A stretch of DNA of 62,908 nt, counting the filler, from Octopus bimaculoides (Eukaryota), in the NCBI RefSeq assembly GCF_001194135.2. It is 6 parts of 6 records of this genome, joined end to end, with 100 filler letters (N's around TTAATTAATTAA, not from the genome) between each part and the next. Parts side by side here need not be neighbours in the genome. Positions count along the whole stretch, not along the records: positions 6,109 to 20,754 come from NC_069000.1; positions 20,855 to 32,635 come from NC_068986.1; 4 more parts are not named here. The stretch is one strand, 5' to 3'. Shown here piece by piece: positions 14,051-26,358 of this stretch (positions within the stretch are counted from its first letter, which is position 1; each line of letters opens with the position of its first letter). Position numbers and translations under genes: made by a program. The notes beneath the pieces were generated by a model. It searched no databases. It saw only the letters and a program-made list of their open reading frames with translations, and was not told the DNA's origin.

Positions 14051-14661
14051 GGCTATTGTATCTCCTCCACCGGTGTTTCATTTCACGGTTGTTCGATGAA
14101 TTAATATAAGATTTGCCACACATATAACTTCGATATATATAACCACATATGCACACATACATCTACACAGCGACACACGATTTTAAAATTAACCCTCTCC
14201 CACCATTCCCATCTCCTCTCTTCAATTGTCTCGTTGCACCTTTGCCCCACTCCCGTCTTCCCGCTAACCCCACCATATGAGCTTGTATACCGGGGGGGGG
14301 NNNNNNNNNNGGGGGGGGGGGCATTTTAATCATAATCCCAAGAATACAATTCCATTGCACTAAATGTTTGTTTCTTTGTGTTTGAAGTGGACGATTTCTT
14401 TCACGATTTTCGCCCCGGTTTTTCACAATAGCCGTTAAGACCCACAGTAACAGAGAGTCCATGCCATACTATTCTTTTCAGCCACTTTTAGTAATTGTTG
14501 GTATTGGTTATTGAATATATGAATGCCTGTCTTTTTTCTGGCTCATTGGATTTCTGACATGTATTTTTAGACAACTATTTGTGTTTACGCGCGCGTGTAT
14601 GTAATGTAATATAGTAAATATATGCATACACCCATACACACACATAAATATATAGAGTGAC

Positions 14662-14692
<31 letters not shown>

Positions 14693-15164
14693 TGTATACA
14701 CATGCATACATATGTTGCTAATTTTATTGAAATTTGTTTAAATTTATCTCCTTGAAATTTCTCTCAATTTATACTTAGATGTTTGCGTTTAAAAATAAGT
14801 GGATACTCATCTAACAAAAGACAAAACAAAGCAAAATCATATTTAATCGGTTTCAATGACCCTCTGTGAAGGGAAAAATTAAGTCAAATGAGAGAGAAAG
14901 AAAAACAGAAATGAGTGAAAATAATAACACTCGGGAACAAACATTTAGTTGCATTACTACTGACTCTTGTTCTTACCAAACTTGGATGCACTGTATTCCA
15001 AGTTGAAGTAAAATTTTCTCTATAAGCTACAAATGTTTTGCAATTCAAATTTTCCATTCTTTACGAAATTTCGACACATTTTGCATAAATCCATGTTCTA
15101 TCTGAGAAATTTATGATCATAGTATCTTTAAATTTGGGCTTTAAACAACCATTTGGGCGTTATA

Positions 15165-15340
15165 TATATATAAATAAGAGGAAGAGCCACGAAGGTGGAT
15201 TCCTAATGTGCTAGAAGAAACGCCAAATCGCCTTATCACGAAGAATGTGTTCTCGAACATATTCTTCGTGGTAAGGCGATTTGGCATTCTTCTAGCATAT
15301 TAGGAATCCACCTTTGTGGCTCTTCCTCTTATTTATATAT
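15165..15340. repeat. Near-perfect inverted repeat (two ~86-bp arms, 2-4 nt loop)
   Basis: ATATATAAATAAGAGGAAGAGCCAC...AAGAATGTGTTC-TC-GAACATATTCTT...GTGGCTCTTCCTCTTATTTATATAT, with five substitutions and one 1-nt indel between arms. Confidence 0.92.
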
Positions 15341-15469
15341 GTAATATAATTTATAGTCCTCGGACATTTTTTTAAAAGTATGTTAGCCACTGGTTTAAAT
15401 TAATATTAATTGATAATATTAATTTCTACACTCATTATTTAATGTTATATATATATATATATATATTCA

Positions 15470-16945
15470 CAACAGCGTTTAAATTCATTACAATAAGTAC
15501 TAAAGTTTGAAATAAAGTCGAGAAAAGCTCAAGTTGTTCCTATTTTGGCAAGAATTTTCTTTTGCTTCTCTTGCGTTTATAAACTTTTTCGAGGTCATTC
15601 TATTTGACACTCCAGCAGTAATTTGCCATCATGTCTGTTCCGTCGTCATAAAGTCTTGATGAATGCGTTATCCCTGTTCATCTCTTATAGCTCCAAGGTT
15701 CTTGGTGAAATGATGACAGAGACAATTGTAGCTTGATACTTATATTGCATCCAAGATCGCGAAAAACCAACAGCATTTTAGTAACGAAACCTCATAGTTA
15801 CAAGCGTTTTTATTACCGAGAAAGTTTCTATATAATCGCCACGAATGACAGCGATACTTTCGTCTTGTCATTCATCTTTCTGATTATTTCCTCATCAAGT
15901 ACAAGGGCACAAATTTGAGGTCCCTCAAATATGCCCATTTTGATTTTCTTGAAAGATAAATTAAGAAAAGCAGAAACTATGTGCTGGAAACATTCACAGT
16001 TAGTAGTCAACACCTTTAAAAACTGCTTCAATAAGCCAAGGTTAAGATGGAGTCAGAGTGAAAATGGTCGGGTCATTCACAATGTTGGTCATGAAGCCTT
16101 TTCACTGCCAGAGGAGTCAATAACCATTTTTATGTCGCCATGGGTTTCTCGCAAATGTATCGACTGGCCAACTGAGACTACGCCAGACACATTGCCATTA
16201 TGTAAGAGAACACGCTTGAAGCTTCGCCTAAAGATATTTAGAAACGATTTCCATTTTGTAGGGTTATAATGGGTGACGCCTAATTGTGTGAGGTCTGGAT
16301 AACGTGGCAGCAAACAAATTGCTTGTCTTCTGAAGTTCACAAAAATCTACTCCCGCGTTCTAAAATATAAGGCTTTCAATATAATGTTTTTCATTTAGGC
16401 TGGAGGCTAATAGCGCTGTTCTTTTCTTTAATAGTGCTAAATCGCATACTCAGTTCCGCTTGACTAAAACGATGAGAGGTTGATGACTGTTTGGCATTAA
16501 ATGAGGTGTCTTCAAAATCTTCTTCAAATTCCTGTTCAGATTTACAGCATTTATCTTCAGAAGAGGCATAACCATTAAAAACTGGAACTGGGAGTTCCTG
16601 AGAATGGGGAGTAGGTCGAACTTCAGAGGGAATACTTTGATAGGAAATCTTATGTTCGTTTTCCTTGCCAACACCTTTATAGTAACCAGGCAAAAAATAT
16701 CAGTAGCTTATATGGTGCTTTGGCTCTTGCTAGACCATAGGGACCCCACAAGGTAGACCTTTTAGTTTGTCCAGTCACGAAGATATTCCTTGCAATTATG
16801 ACACACCATATACAGAGACCACTTCTTGTTTTGGTTACCAATGTGAACCTCAAAATACGCCTTATGTGCCCATCTCACGAACTTTCTTATATTAAACCTT
16901 TGACGAGCAAGTGTGTAACAGTCACATATGTAACAAAATCAATTG
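15470..16945 (-). mobile_element. Decayed Chapaev3-like (CMC) DNA transposase remnant
   Basis: Minus-strand pieces read FCYICDCYT..RQR, KAYF..IGNQNKKW...CHNC..LRDW, YQSIPSEVRPTPHSQELPVP, YNPTKW...RRSFKRVLLHNGN, KMGIFEGPQI and RIHQD. The family call rests on recalled motifs. Confidence 0.75.
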
Positions 16946-17088
16946 GAATTATGTATACATTTATGTCTACCTGAAGAAAACATCATTAGATCTTAAACAC
17001 ACACACGTACACACACACATCTATAGATATATGTATGTATTTATGCATATATGTATGTACGTATATATATGTATATATATATATATAT

Positions 17089-17626
17089 ACTCATATACAC
17101 GCAACTCAAAACTAAAAACAAAAACAACAAAAGTCAATAGGATGGACACAGTGAATATATATATCAGTTCTCTCTATATCAGTTCTTTACAAATATACCA
17201 ATTTCGTAAAAATCACAAATTTCAAATTGCATAAAAACTAGAACATGCAAATAAAAAACGATCTTATATTTGAAAATCAGTGTTGAAAAACTACTTGGAA
17301 TTACTTCAAAAAATCCCATGCAACNNNNNNNNNNATATATATATATATGCATGTATTTATGTATGCATGTACGTATATATATATATATATACTCATATAC
17401 ACGCAACTCAAAACTAAAAACAAAAACAACAAAAGTCAATAGGATGGACACAGTGAATATATATATCAGTTCTCTCTATATCAGTTCTTTACAAATATAC
17501 CAATTTCGTAAAAATCACAAATTTCAAATTGCATAAAAACTAGAACATGCAAATAAAAAACGATCTTATATTTGAAAATCAGTGTTGAAAAACTACTTGG
17601 AATTACTTCAAAAAATCCCATGCAAC
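17089..17626. other. 236-bp identical direct duplication across a 10-N gap (probable assembly artefact)
   Basis: 17089-17324 is identical to 17391-17626, and the first copy ends exactly at the gap. Confidence 0.8.
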
Positions 17627-18011
17627 ATCAAATGAAAAAAAGTTGTTCTCTTGTGTAAGTCATAGTCTTAGAAATGAATTCAAAGAAACAAAGTTTGAAT
17701 AGTTGCTTAAAAAGGGAAAATGAAATAGTAGGAAAGCTTAAAATGCAAATGTATACATGTGTTGGAAAAGACAGTGGCTTTGGAGGGTCTTGGAGAGATA
17801 GGTCGCTTACGTATACTACAAATATGCATACTGTGAGGGGTATACATGCAGATATGTACAAAACGATTGGAAAAGTATAAAACTACTTTTGTAACAAATT
17901 AAGAAATATGGGTAGTTGGACATAATAATAACAACAACAACAACAACAACAGTGATAGTAATAATAATAATAAAAACAACAACAACAATAACAATAATAA
18001 TAAAAATAATA

Positions 18012-18054
<43 letters not shown>

Positions 18055-18059
<5 letters not shown>

Positions 18060-18151
18060 TTGCACTACTGGGCACTGCACACATCCTACGCAAAACACTT
18101 TCAATACAGTAACCATAAGAGCACCACAGCAAACCACATGCTTTCTTACTC

Positions 18152-18182
<31 letters not shown>

Positions 18183-18637
18183 TGTGTGTGTGTTCGCACT
18201 CCGTCGCTTACGACGTCGAGGGTTCCAGTTGATCCGATCAACAAAACAGCCTGCTGGTGAAATTAACATGCAAGTGGCTGAGCACTCCACAGACACGTGT
18301 ACCCATAACGTAGTTCTCGGGGGATATTCAACGTGACACAGTGTGACAACGCTGACCCTTTGAATTACAGGCACAACAGAAACAGGAAGTAAGAGTGAGA
18401 GAAAGTTGTGGTGAAAGAGTACAGCAGGGTTCGCCATCACCCCCTGCCGGAGCCTCGTGGAGCTTTAGGTGTTTTCGCTCAATAAACACTCACAACGCCC
18501 GGTCTGGGAATCNNNNNNNNNNNNNNNNNNNNNNNNNNNNNNNNNNNNNNNNNNNNNNNNNNNNNNNNNNNNNNNNNNNNNNNNNNNNNNNNNNNNAACC
18601 ATAAGAGCACCACAGCAAACCACATGCTTTCTTACTC

Positions 18638-18668
<31 letters not shown>

Positions 18669-19075
18669 TGGAGTCTAAAAACAGAAACAATTCCTATCAT
18701 AGTAGGTGCCTTAGGTATAATAAAAAAATACTCAGACAAATACATAACAAAAATACCAGGACTTACAAATATATGTAACATACAGAAAATTGCACTACTG
18801 GGTACTGCACACATTCTACGCAAAACACTTTCAATACAGTAAACATAAAAGCACCACAGCAAACCACAGCACATACCCAAGGCGCACAGAGCTGCGCTCG
18901 GTAGTGAAGTGAAAGCACGTTATAAAAATAAAACTACTGAACAATAATAATAATAATAATAATAAAGTGCGGGTAAAATATATCCCAGTAGTTATAGGTG
19001 CTTTAGGAACTGTCCCTATAGATTTGAACAGATGCATAGAAGAAGCAGGCATAAACCCTAGTTTACTCCATCCAC
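18055..19075 (+). mobile_element. Cluster of RLE (R4/Dong-like) LINE 3' ends embedded in (TAA)n
   Basis: WSLKTETIPIIVGALGIIKK...IQKIALLGTAHILRKTLSIQ* (18667-18842) is flanked by (AAT)n on both sides. A shorter copy lies at about 18055-18180, and VKYIPVVIGALGTVP at about 18973-19075. Confidence 0.8.
18191..18512 (-). mobile_element. SINE family C, 5' head lost in gap
   Basis: Nearly identical to 57096-57420 (CACTCCGTCGCTTACGACGTCGAGGGTTCCAGTTGATCCGATC...CAACGCCCGGTCTGGGAATC). Confidence 0.85.
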
Positions 19076-20327
19076 ATACATCTGATCATACAGCCATGCC
19101 TTTCTTTTTTAAAGACGTGTACGTCTTTCTTCAGCTGGTCAGTAAATAGACATTTACAGTTTTCAAGTAGTTGGAGATCGTCTTTCCCTGCCGAATCGTT
19201 CGCTCTCAAGCTAACATCGAAAGAAACATTAGATTTCAATATAAAAATGGAATAAGAAGAGATTTTGTTTTGCTTGCATTATGACACTAATTTCAACATC
19301 ACAAACGTAGTAGCTGGTCTCGCACAGTTAAGGGCTTTAATAAGAACTGCTTTGGTAAACGATGCATAACAATACTTAAAAAAGAGTTGTAGAAACATGA
19401 AATTTGCCATTAAAGAATGGGAACCATCTGTTGACTATTTAGTGTTCCATAAGGTTACTTGAGTACATTCTTCCGGCTTAGTAAAAATGTATCTAAAATA
19501 TGTTTTACTAATAATAATTATGTCCTATTTGATTGGGTTGATATGTCTGATAGAAAGGTTCTCATTAAAATAAACTTTATGGATCCTTGAATATTAATTT
19601 CATCCACTGTTGTACCATAATGGAGCTCGAAACATACATACATACATACATATATACACATAAATAAATAAATACATGCACGCATACATACATACATACA
19701 TACATACATACATACATGCCAAAATGGTGCCGTCAACATCAGACGTGCAAGCGTAGAGGTCCGTTTAAAAAATATCTTTGAACGTTGTCTTCTACACTTA
19801 TGCCGACTCCTCCAACCTAATCCAGTTAAATAAGAGAAACACCTTTTACTTATAAGCGTAGCGCTATTTAGACCGAATTTTAAAAATATACCTTATACCA
19901 CGTGGAATTTTGCTAGCACTATTATGGCTGAGACTAACAACACCACCACTGATGAAATCAGCACCGCAGCACCAGTAAGCTAGCTAAAAAGACGTAAGTA
20001 CCCCTATCATTCTACTTGGACTCAACATCTAGGCGGGACAGAAAAGTATGCAAGGTTTTTCTCAGGTTCAAAATGTGACATAGTTTTCGCTTTGTATCTC
20101 TGTTAGAAACCAGTTCCTTCTTCAAAAGAAGAATTTAGATAATTTAAAGCAGAAAAGAACATGCATACAAATAAATATACATATATATGCATACAAATAT
20201 ACAAGCATGCAATTGTGCCTGCGTGCGTGCGTATGTGCGTGCGTGTGTTTGCGCATGCGTGTACAATTTATTAAAGTTATCTAAAGCTGATCTAAAGCTG
20301 GTTTTGCTCTTCTTTCGTGTCTTTCAG

Positions 20328-20628
20328 GTGCGCTGAACCTTTGAGGTTTAAAGGTAGAAGCCTTTTCACGATACCGCCGGAAAGCCTCGTCTGCCGAACA
20401 TCAACTAAGTTTATCTTAACGCTGACGCTTTCTGCTGTAGCCTTGGTGGTTGTCGTATTAACTGTTATCTACTTTCGCATGAAGAAGAAGAAAAAATGTG
20501 AATCGTGTGGTAAGCGACATAACGGTGTTGGATACGTCAGTGTATACACACATGATGTTGAGGAACCTTCTTCACGTATCATTGCCCCCGGTGTAAACAA
20601 GGCCTTTAATGACGCCGTCGATGTTTAA
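20328..20628 (+). CDS. Coding exon 2 of the LRR membrane protein: second half of LRRCT, TM helix, 50-aa cytoplasmic tail
   Basis: Polypyrimidine acceptor TTTTGCTCTTCTTTCGTGTCTTTCAG ends at 20327. The phase matches exon 1 (CA+G = Gln), giving ...NVVLQ-CAEPLRFKGRSLFTIPPESLVC, TM FILTLTLSAVALVVVVLTVIYF (20410-20475), a KKKKK stop-transfer and TAA at 20626-20628. Total 503 aa. Confidence 0.92.
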
Positions 20629-21406
20629 AATTCATCATTCTTCCTACATTTTCGTATTTTTTTCGTTCACAGTTTTTTTCACTCTTCTTTTGTCCATCGT
20701 CATATCATTATCGCTACCAACATTGTCGTTCTTGTTGTTGCCACTTTTAGTCTTNNNNNNNNNNNNNNNNNNNNNNNNNNNNNNNNNNNNNNNNNNNNTT
20801 AATTAATTAANNNNNNNNNNNNNNNNNNNNNNNNNNNNNNNNNNNNNNNNNNNNCACACACACACGTGTGAGCAATGAGAGAGAGTAAAGGAGAAAGAGG
20901 GAGAGAGAAAGAGAGACAGACAGACATAGAAAATGGTGAAGGGGAGAAAAAAAGGGAATTAGAAACCATCGGCCATCTTTTTTTTCTCACATGATCATCT
21001 TCTCGTATCCTATCTCTCTTTTCTATCTTTTCTCTTGTCAAAGAAAATATTTCTCCAGCATTTGCTATTTTAACCTCATACTGGTCTAACGACCCTCCAT
21101 GTTTTTTTCGTTTGGTTTCCTTGTATGTCTGCACTGTACTGTTTTTGTTTCCATCTTTGACTCTCCATATTTCCCAAATTTTATTTTGATACTTATGGGA
21201 GCAACTGTCTTCGAAGACTCATATTGTCGTTCAGTGCTCGAAATGAGGAGTAGATAGACAGCGAACAACTGATGAAGGGTTGTTCTTTATGTTACTTGTC
21301 CTGTTTTCAATTTGTTTCTCTTATTGCTTGCATATTGAACTCATTTATTTTCATATTTCATGTTGTTTACTGTTGGTGACATCCTATACCCACATATGCA
21401 TGTGTG

Positions 21407-21465
<59 letters not shown>

Positions 21466-21522
21466 CACACACACATATATACACATATACAGGAGTGACT
21501 GTGTGGTAAGAAGCTTGCTTCC

Positions 21523-22936
21523 GTGTATGCATCATGCAGAGTGCATTTGGTTTGTCGTTTTTTTGCGAGTCAGACGTTTTTTGTGCTACTTTGAAGGTAG
21601 AGACGATGTACTCAAACTTTAGCAGGTCAGAGTTTTCTTCAGCAGAGGAGGAGCTGGTAAAGACGGTCATAAAGATGGACTGAGTATTAGAGAAGACAAG
21701 GAGTTTTGCTGAGGCCATGGAGACGAAGTGAAGGGAGCTGGACATAGCTGGTTTGAAGGAGTATGAGAAGATTGTACAGAAGGTGGGAGGTGACGTGACG
21801 TTGTCACCCCTCAAAGGAATTATGGAGCGGATGGAGAGTAAAATGATCACCTAAAAGGTGTCCACGTTAAAAGGAAAAAAGGCAGAGCAGGTGGAAGCTG
21901 AAACGGAAAAGGTGCTAACGAAGCAGTCAAATGAAGTGACATATATAACCAAAGGAAGGAGATATGGGACGATGGTCGTCCAATTTAGGACAGTAGAGGA
22001 GGCGAGGAGGCTGGTGAGTGTAGCGGTGAAAACAGAGGAAGTAGTGCTTCTGCCCACATACCTTGGAAGAAAGACTTCCAAGGTAAGGGTAGAAGCAATC
22101 CCACCTGAAATAGAAGTGGCTTGGGTGGCGGCGGCTGTCCTTGTTGGAAGTGAGGAGAAAGTGGCTGTCCTTCAAGCCACAGAGATGGAGGAAGGAAGTT
22201 GGAAAGGGAAGACACTGGAATTGATTATACAGATGGAAGAGGGACAGCTGGAGAGCTTGGCAGAGACAGAAATTGTACTGAAAGTGTGGGTAGAGGGCAG
22301 AGTACCATGCTGTTTTAAATGTGGACAAAAGGGCCACATTAGAGCGTACTGCCCTCTACAGAGGACAATAGTAGAGGAAACAGTTGTGGAGACAGAAGAG
22401 AAAAGGAGAAAAAGAAAAAGAGGAAGAATGTAGAATAACAGAGAGAAGGAAGAAGAGAAAAAAGAAAGAACACTGAGTGTGATGTGGTATCCCAGTCCAA
22501 CTCCATCCCACCCAAGACCATTCAGACTCACCCTCCCCATACAGACACCAAACCCACCTACCCCCTTTCCCCACAGGAAAAAAAGTAAAAAAAGAGAGCA
22601 GACACCTCAGAATTTAGAAGACCCCCTCCCCAGGTGAAAAAGGTTACAAGAGAGTGCAGTCATGGAGCGATAGCAGAACTGGAACAGAGACTAAAAGGAA
22701 ATTAGGACTCAGAGGCAGCAAGTGGTGTTGCTCAGTGTGGGGTGAGTAACACACTCTTCATATTTTCATTTTCAACTATCACGTATGTTATAATTTTGAT
22801 TTATTTTTCATGTTCATTTTCATGTATCATTCATAATACCATATTTTATTTTTATATATTTTTAATTGTTATATGTCCCCACATGTGTTGTAGTGTCCCC
22901 TCTATGTAAAGCCTTTATGGCTAATTTGATGAAATA
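21523..22936 (+). mobile_element. L1/Tx1-like ORF1-only retroelement (gag-like CCHC knuckle, no RT) with 15-bp TSD
   Basis: ORF 21858-22433 contains KVWVEGRVPCCFKCGQKGHIRAYCP (Cx2Cx4Hx4C at 22311-22352), with a stop-broken upstream part from about 21610. An AT-rich 3' region ends in AATAAA at 22933-22938. TSD is AAGAAGCTTGCTTCC (21508-21522) / AAGAAGCTTTCTTCT (22937-22951). Clade assignment is inferred. Confidence 0.75.
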
Positions 22937-23068
22937 AAGAAGCTTTCTTCTTAACCACATAGTTCCGGATTCAGTCCCACTGTGTGGCACATTGTTTTCT
23001 ACTATAGCCTCAGGCCGACCAAAGCATTGTGAGTGGATTTGGTAGATAGAAACTGAAAGAAGCCCATC

Positions 23069-23101
<33 letters not shown>

Positions 23102-23104
<3 letters not shown>

Positions 23105-25696
23105 ACATCCTCATCAAGAAATTTGATGAGAGGGAGGAGGAGCTACAGACATCAGACACAGAAGGTAGCTGGAAATTCCTACAGGACAGCTTGCTGAGTG
23201 CCACAGACCAAGTCTGCAGATAGTGCAAAGTCTCTTCCAGACCTAGAGTCACGTAGTGGTGGAATAGTACAGTAGACAAAGCCATTAGAGCAAAGAAACA
23301 GGCCTGGGAAGCCTGGAAGGGTGGGGGTAGCAGGGATCTGTACCAGGTAGCTAAAAGGGAGGCTGGGCGGCAGGTGTACATAGCCAAGGGTGAGGCAGAA
23401 AAGAAGAAGTTTGCCAATGTCCAGCAACGTGAGGACCAAAGAACTGAGGTATTTCAGATTGCAAGACAGTGTGTGAGAGAAAATTGTGATGTCACAGGAG
23501 AGAAATGTGTCCGCATGGATGATGGTGCACTTGCTTTTAATGATTCTGAAAAGAAAGAGGCTTGGAGAAGCCATTATGAAAGATTGCTGAATGTGGAGAA
23601 TGAATGAGAGGTGGAGAGCCTGCCAAATGTTGACCCAGTAGAGGGACCAGCTATCCGAATAGACAGCTCCCTGGTAGATAAAGCAATTAAGGGTATGAAG
23701 CCAGGAAAAGCCCCTGGCCCATCAGGAATCACTGCTGAGATGCTTAAAACATCTGGTGATGTGGGCTATGGCCTAGTCACCTGCGTTGTAAATTAGGTAG
23801 TTAATGATGGAGTCATACCCAATGACTGGTGTAGCAGCACCTTAGTCAACTGCAACAAGGGTAAAGGTGATGCTCTAGATAGAAATAACTACAGGGGTAT
23901 CAAACTGCTAGATCAAGTGATGAAGGTCACAGAGAGGGTCATAGCCCATCTCATTAGGGAGAGAGTCTGCTTAGATGAGATGCAGTTCAGTTTTGTGCCG
24001 AGTAGAAGCACCACTGATGCCATATTCCTGGTTNNNNNNNNNNGTTCAGTTTTGTGCCGAGTAGAAGCACCACTGATGCCATATTCCTGGTTCAACAACT
24101 GCAGGAGAAATACCTAGCTATACTTAGCTTTTGTGGACTTGGAGAAAGCCTTTGACAGGGGCCACCGATCCCTTATCTGGTGGGCGATGCAGAAACTGGA
24201 GATTGACAAATGGTTAATAAGGGCTGTACAGGCCCTATACAGAGAGGCCATTAGTAAGGTTAGGATTGGCAATGAGTATAGTGAAGAATTCCAGGCAGAA
24301 GTAGGGGTCCACCAAGGTTCTATCCTCAGTCCCCTTTTATTCATCATAGTCCTCCAGGCAATAACAGAGGAATTCAAGACAGGTTGCTCCTCTATGCTGA
24401 TGACCTGGCCCTCATAGCAGAAACACTACCGGAACTAGAAAAGAAATTTTGGGTGTAGAAGCAAGGTTTAGAATCAAAAGGCCTTAGAGTCAATGTAACA
24501 AAGACCAAAGTTCTAGTAAGTAGGAAGGCGAACTCATCACACACCCCATCAGGTAGGTAGCCCTGCTCGATGTGTAGAAAAGGTGTAGATAGAAACTCCA
24601 TAAGATGTACCCAGTGTAAGCTATGGATACATAAGAGGTGCAGCAACATTAAAGGAAGATTAACCGAGAAGATAACGTTCGTGTGCGGCAGATGCACAGG
24701 GACAATAGACTCCACAGATGCTCAGAAAACAGATTCCGTCACACTCCAGAGGGAGAAACTAGAAGTAGTTGGGGTGGATGCTCAGAAAGTGTTACCACTA
24801 GAATAAGAATAACCTGGGCAAAGTTTAGAATGCTTCTACCCCTGCTGGTGACAAAGGGTCTCTCGCTCAGAGTGAAAGGTAGATACATGTGTGTGAACTG
24901 CCATGCTTCACGGCAGTAAAACATGGGCCGTGACTGTGGAGGACATGCGTAGGCTTGAAAGAAATGAAGCTAGCATGATCCACTGGAGAGACGTTTGCGC
25001 TGGTATGGTCATGTACTACGGATGGATGAGGAGAGATGTGTGAAGAAGTGCCACTCCTAAACAGTTGAAGGAATCCGGGGTAGAGGTAGACCCAGGAAGA
25101 CACGGGATGAGGTGGTCAAGCATGACCTTCAACCATTGGGCCTCCCAGAGGCAATGACGAAAGACCGAGACTCTGGAGATATGCTGTGACTGCAAAGACT
25201 TCACAAATAAAGTGAGTTCACGGCGTATCCTACACCAGCTTCACATAACCAGTCCCAGCCCATTCAAGTACCTTGGATTGTAGGGCAACCTGCTGTGCTT
25301 GAGGAGACCTTGAGTCAAGTACATCAACATCAAAATAAAAATCAAATGGAAATTGTAGTTGTGATACCCGTGCTGGTGGCATGTAAAAAGCACCATCCGA
25401 ATGTGGCCGATGCCAGCACCACCTTGACTGGCTTCTGTGCCGGTGGCAAGTAAAAAGCACCAACCGATCGTGGCTGTTGCCAGCCCCCCCGGCCCTTGTG
25501 CCAGTGGCACGTAAAAAGCACCCACTACACTCACGAAGTGGTTGGAATAGGGAAGAGCATCCAGCTATAGAAACACTGCAAGATCAGACTGGAGCCTGGT
25601 GCAACCTCCTGACTTCCCAGACCCCCAGTCAAACCATCCAACCCATGCTAGCATGGAAAACGGACGTTAAACAACAATGATGATGATGATGATGAT
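23102..25696 (+). mobile_element. 5'-truncated, decayed RTE-clade LINE (linker, RT, 3' UTR, (GAT)n tail)
   Basis: WWNSTVDKAIRAKK, MKPGKAPGPSG, NYRGIKLL, QFSFVPSRSTTDAIF, DLEKAFDR, GVHQGSILSPLLF and YADDL-like motifs, then GRGRPRKT and a (GAT)n tail. Stops and frameshifts are present. Confidence 0.9.
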
Positions 25697-25770
25697 ATGT
25701 ATGTATTTGTTATCTGTGTCTGTATTTGTTCCCCTACTATCACTTGACAACTGATCTTGGTGTGTTTGCG

Positions 25771-26358
25771 GGAAGAGGTAGGCCCAGGAAGACCTGGGCT
25801 GAGGTGGTGAGGCAAGACCTTCGTACATTGGGCCTCACCGAGGCGATGACTACTGACCGAGACCTTTGGAAATGTGCTGTGCGTGAGAAGACCCGGCAAG
25901 CCAAGTAAGATCGTTGCCAGTGCCCCTGGACTGGTTCTTGTGCGGGTGGCACATGAGATGCACCATTTTGAGCGTGGCCGTTGCCAGTACCGCCTGACTG
26001 GCTCCCGTAGGATTTTCGAGCGAGATCGTTGCCAGTGCCCCTGGACTGGNNNNNNNNNNNNNNNNNNNNNNNNNNNNNNNNNNNNNNNNNNNNNNNNNNN
26101 NNNNNNNNNNNNNNNNNNNNNNNNNNNNNNNNNNNNNNNNNNNNNNNNNNNNNNNNNNNTTTCGTGCGGGTGACACGTAAAAGCACCCACTACACTCTCT
26201 GAGTGGTTGGCGTTAGGAAGGGCATCCAGCTGTAGAAACTCTGCCAAATTAGACTGGAGCCTGGTGTTGCCATCCGGTTTCACCAGTCCTCAGTCAAATC
26301 GTCCAACCCATGCTAGCATGGAAAGCGGACGTTAAACGATGATGATGATGATGATGAT
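25771..26358 (+). mobile_element. Second, short 5'-truncated copy of the same RTE family
   Basis: GRGRPRKTWAEVVRQDLRTLGLTEAMTTDRDLWK, then the same 3' UTR ending CATGCTAGCATGGAAAGCGGACGTTAAACGATGATGAT. Confidence 0.88.

Noticed and set aside
17089-17626. Recent tandem duplication
   Set aside because: Identical copies break exactly at a 10-N gap, typical of unmerged contig overlap. The same pattern occurs at 23990-24090 and probably at 18118-18180/18598-18665.
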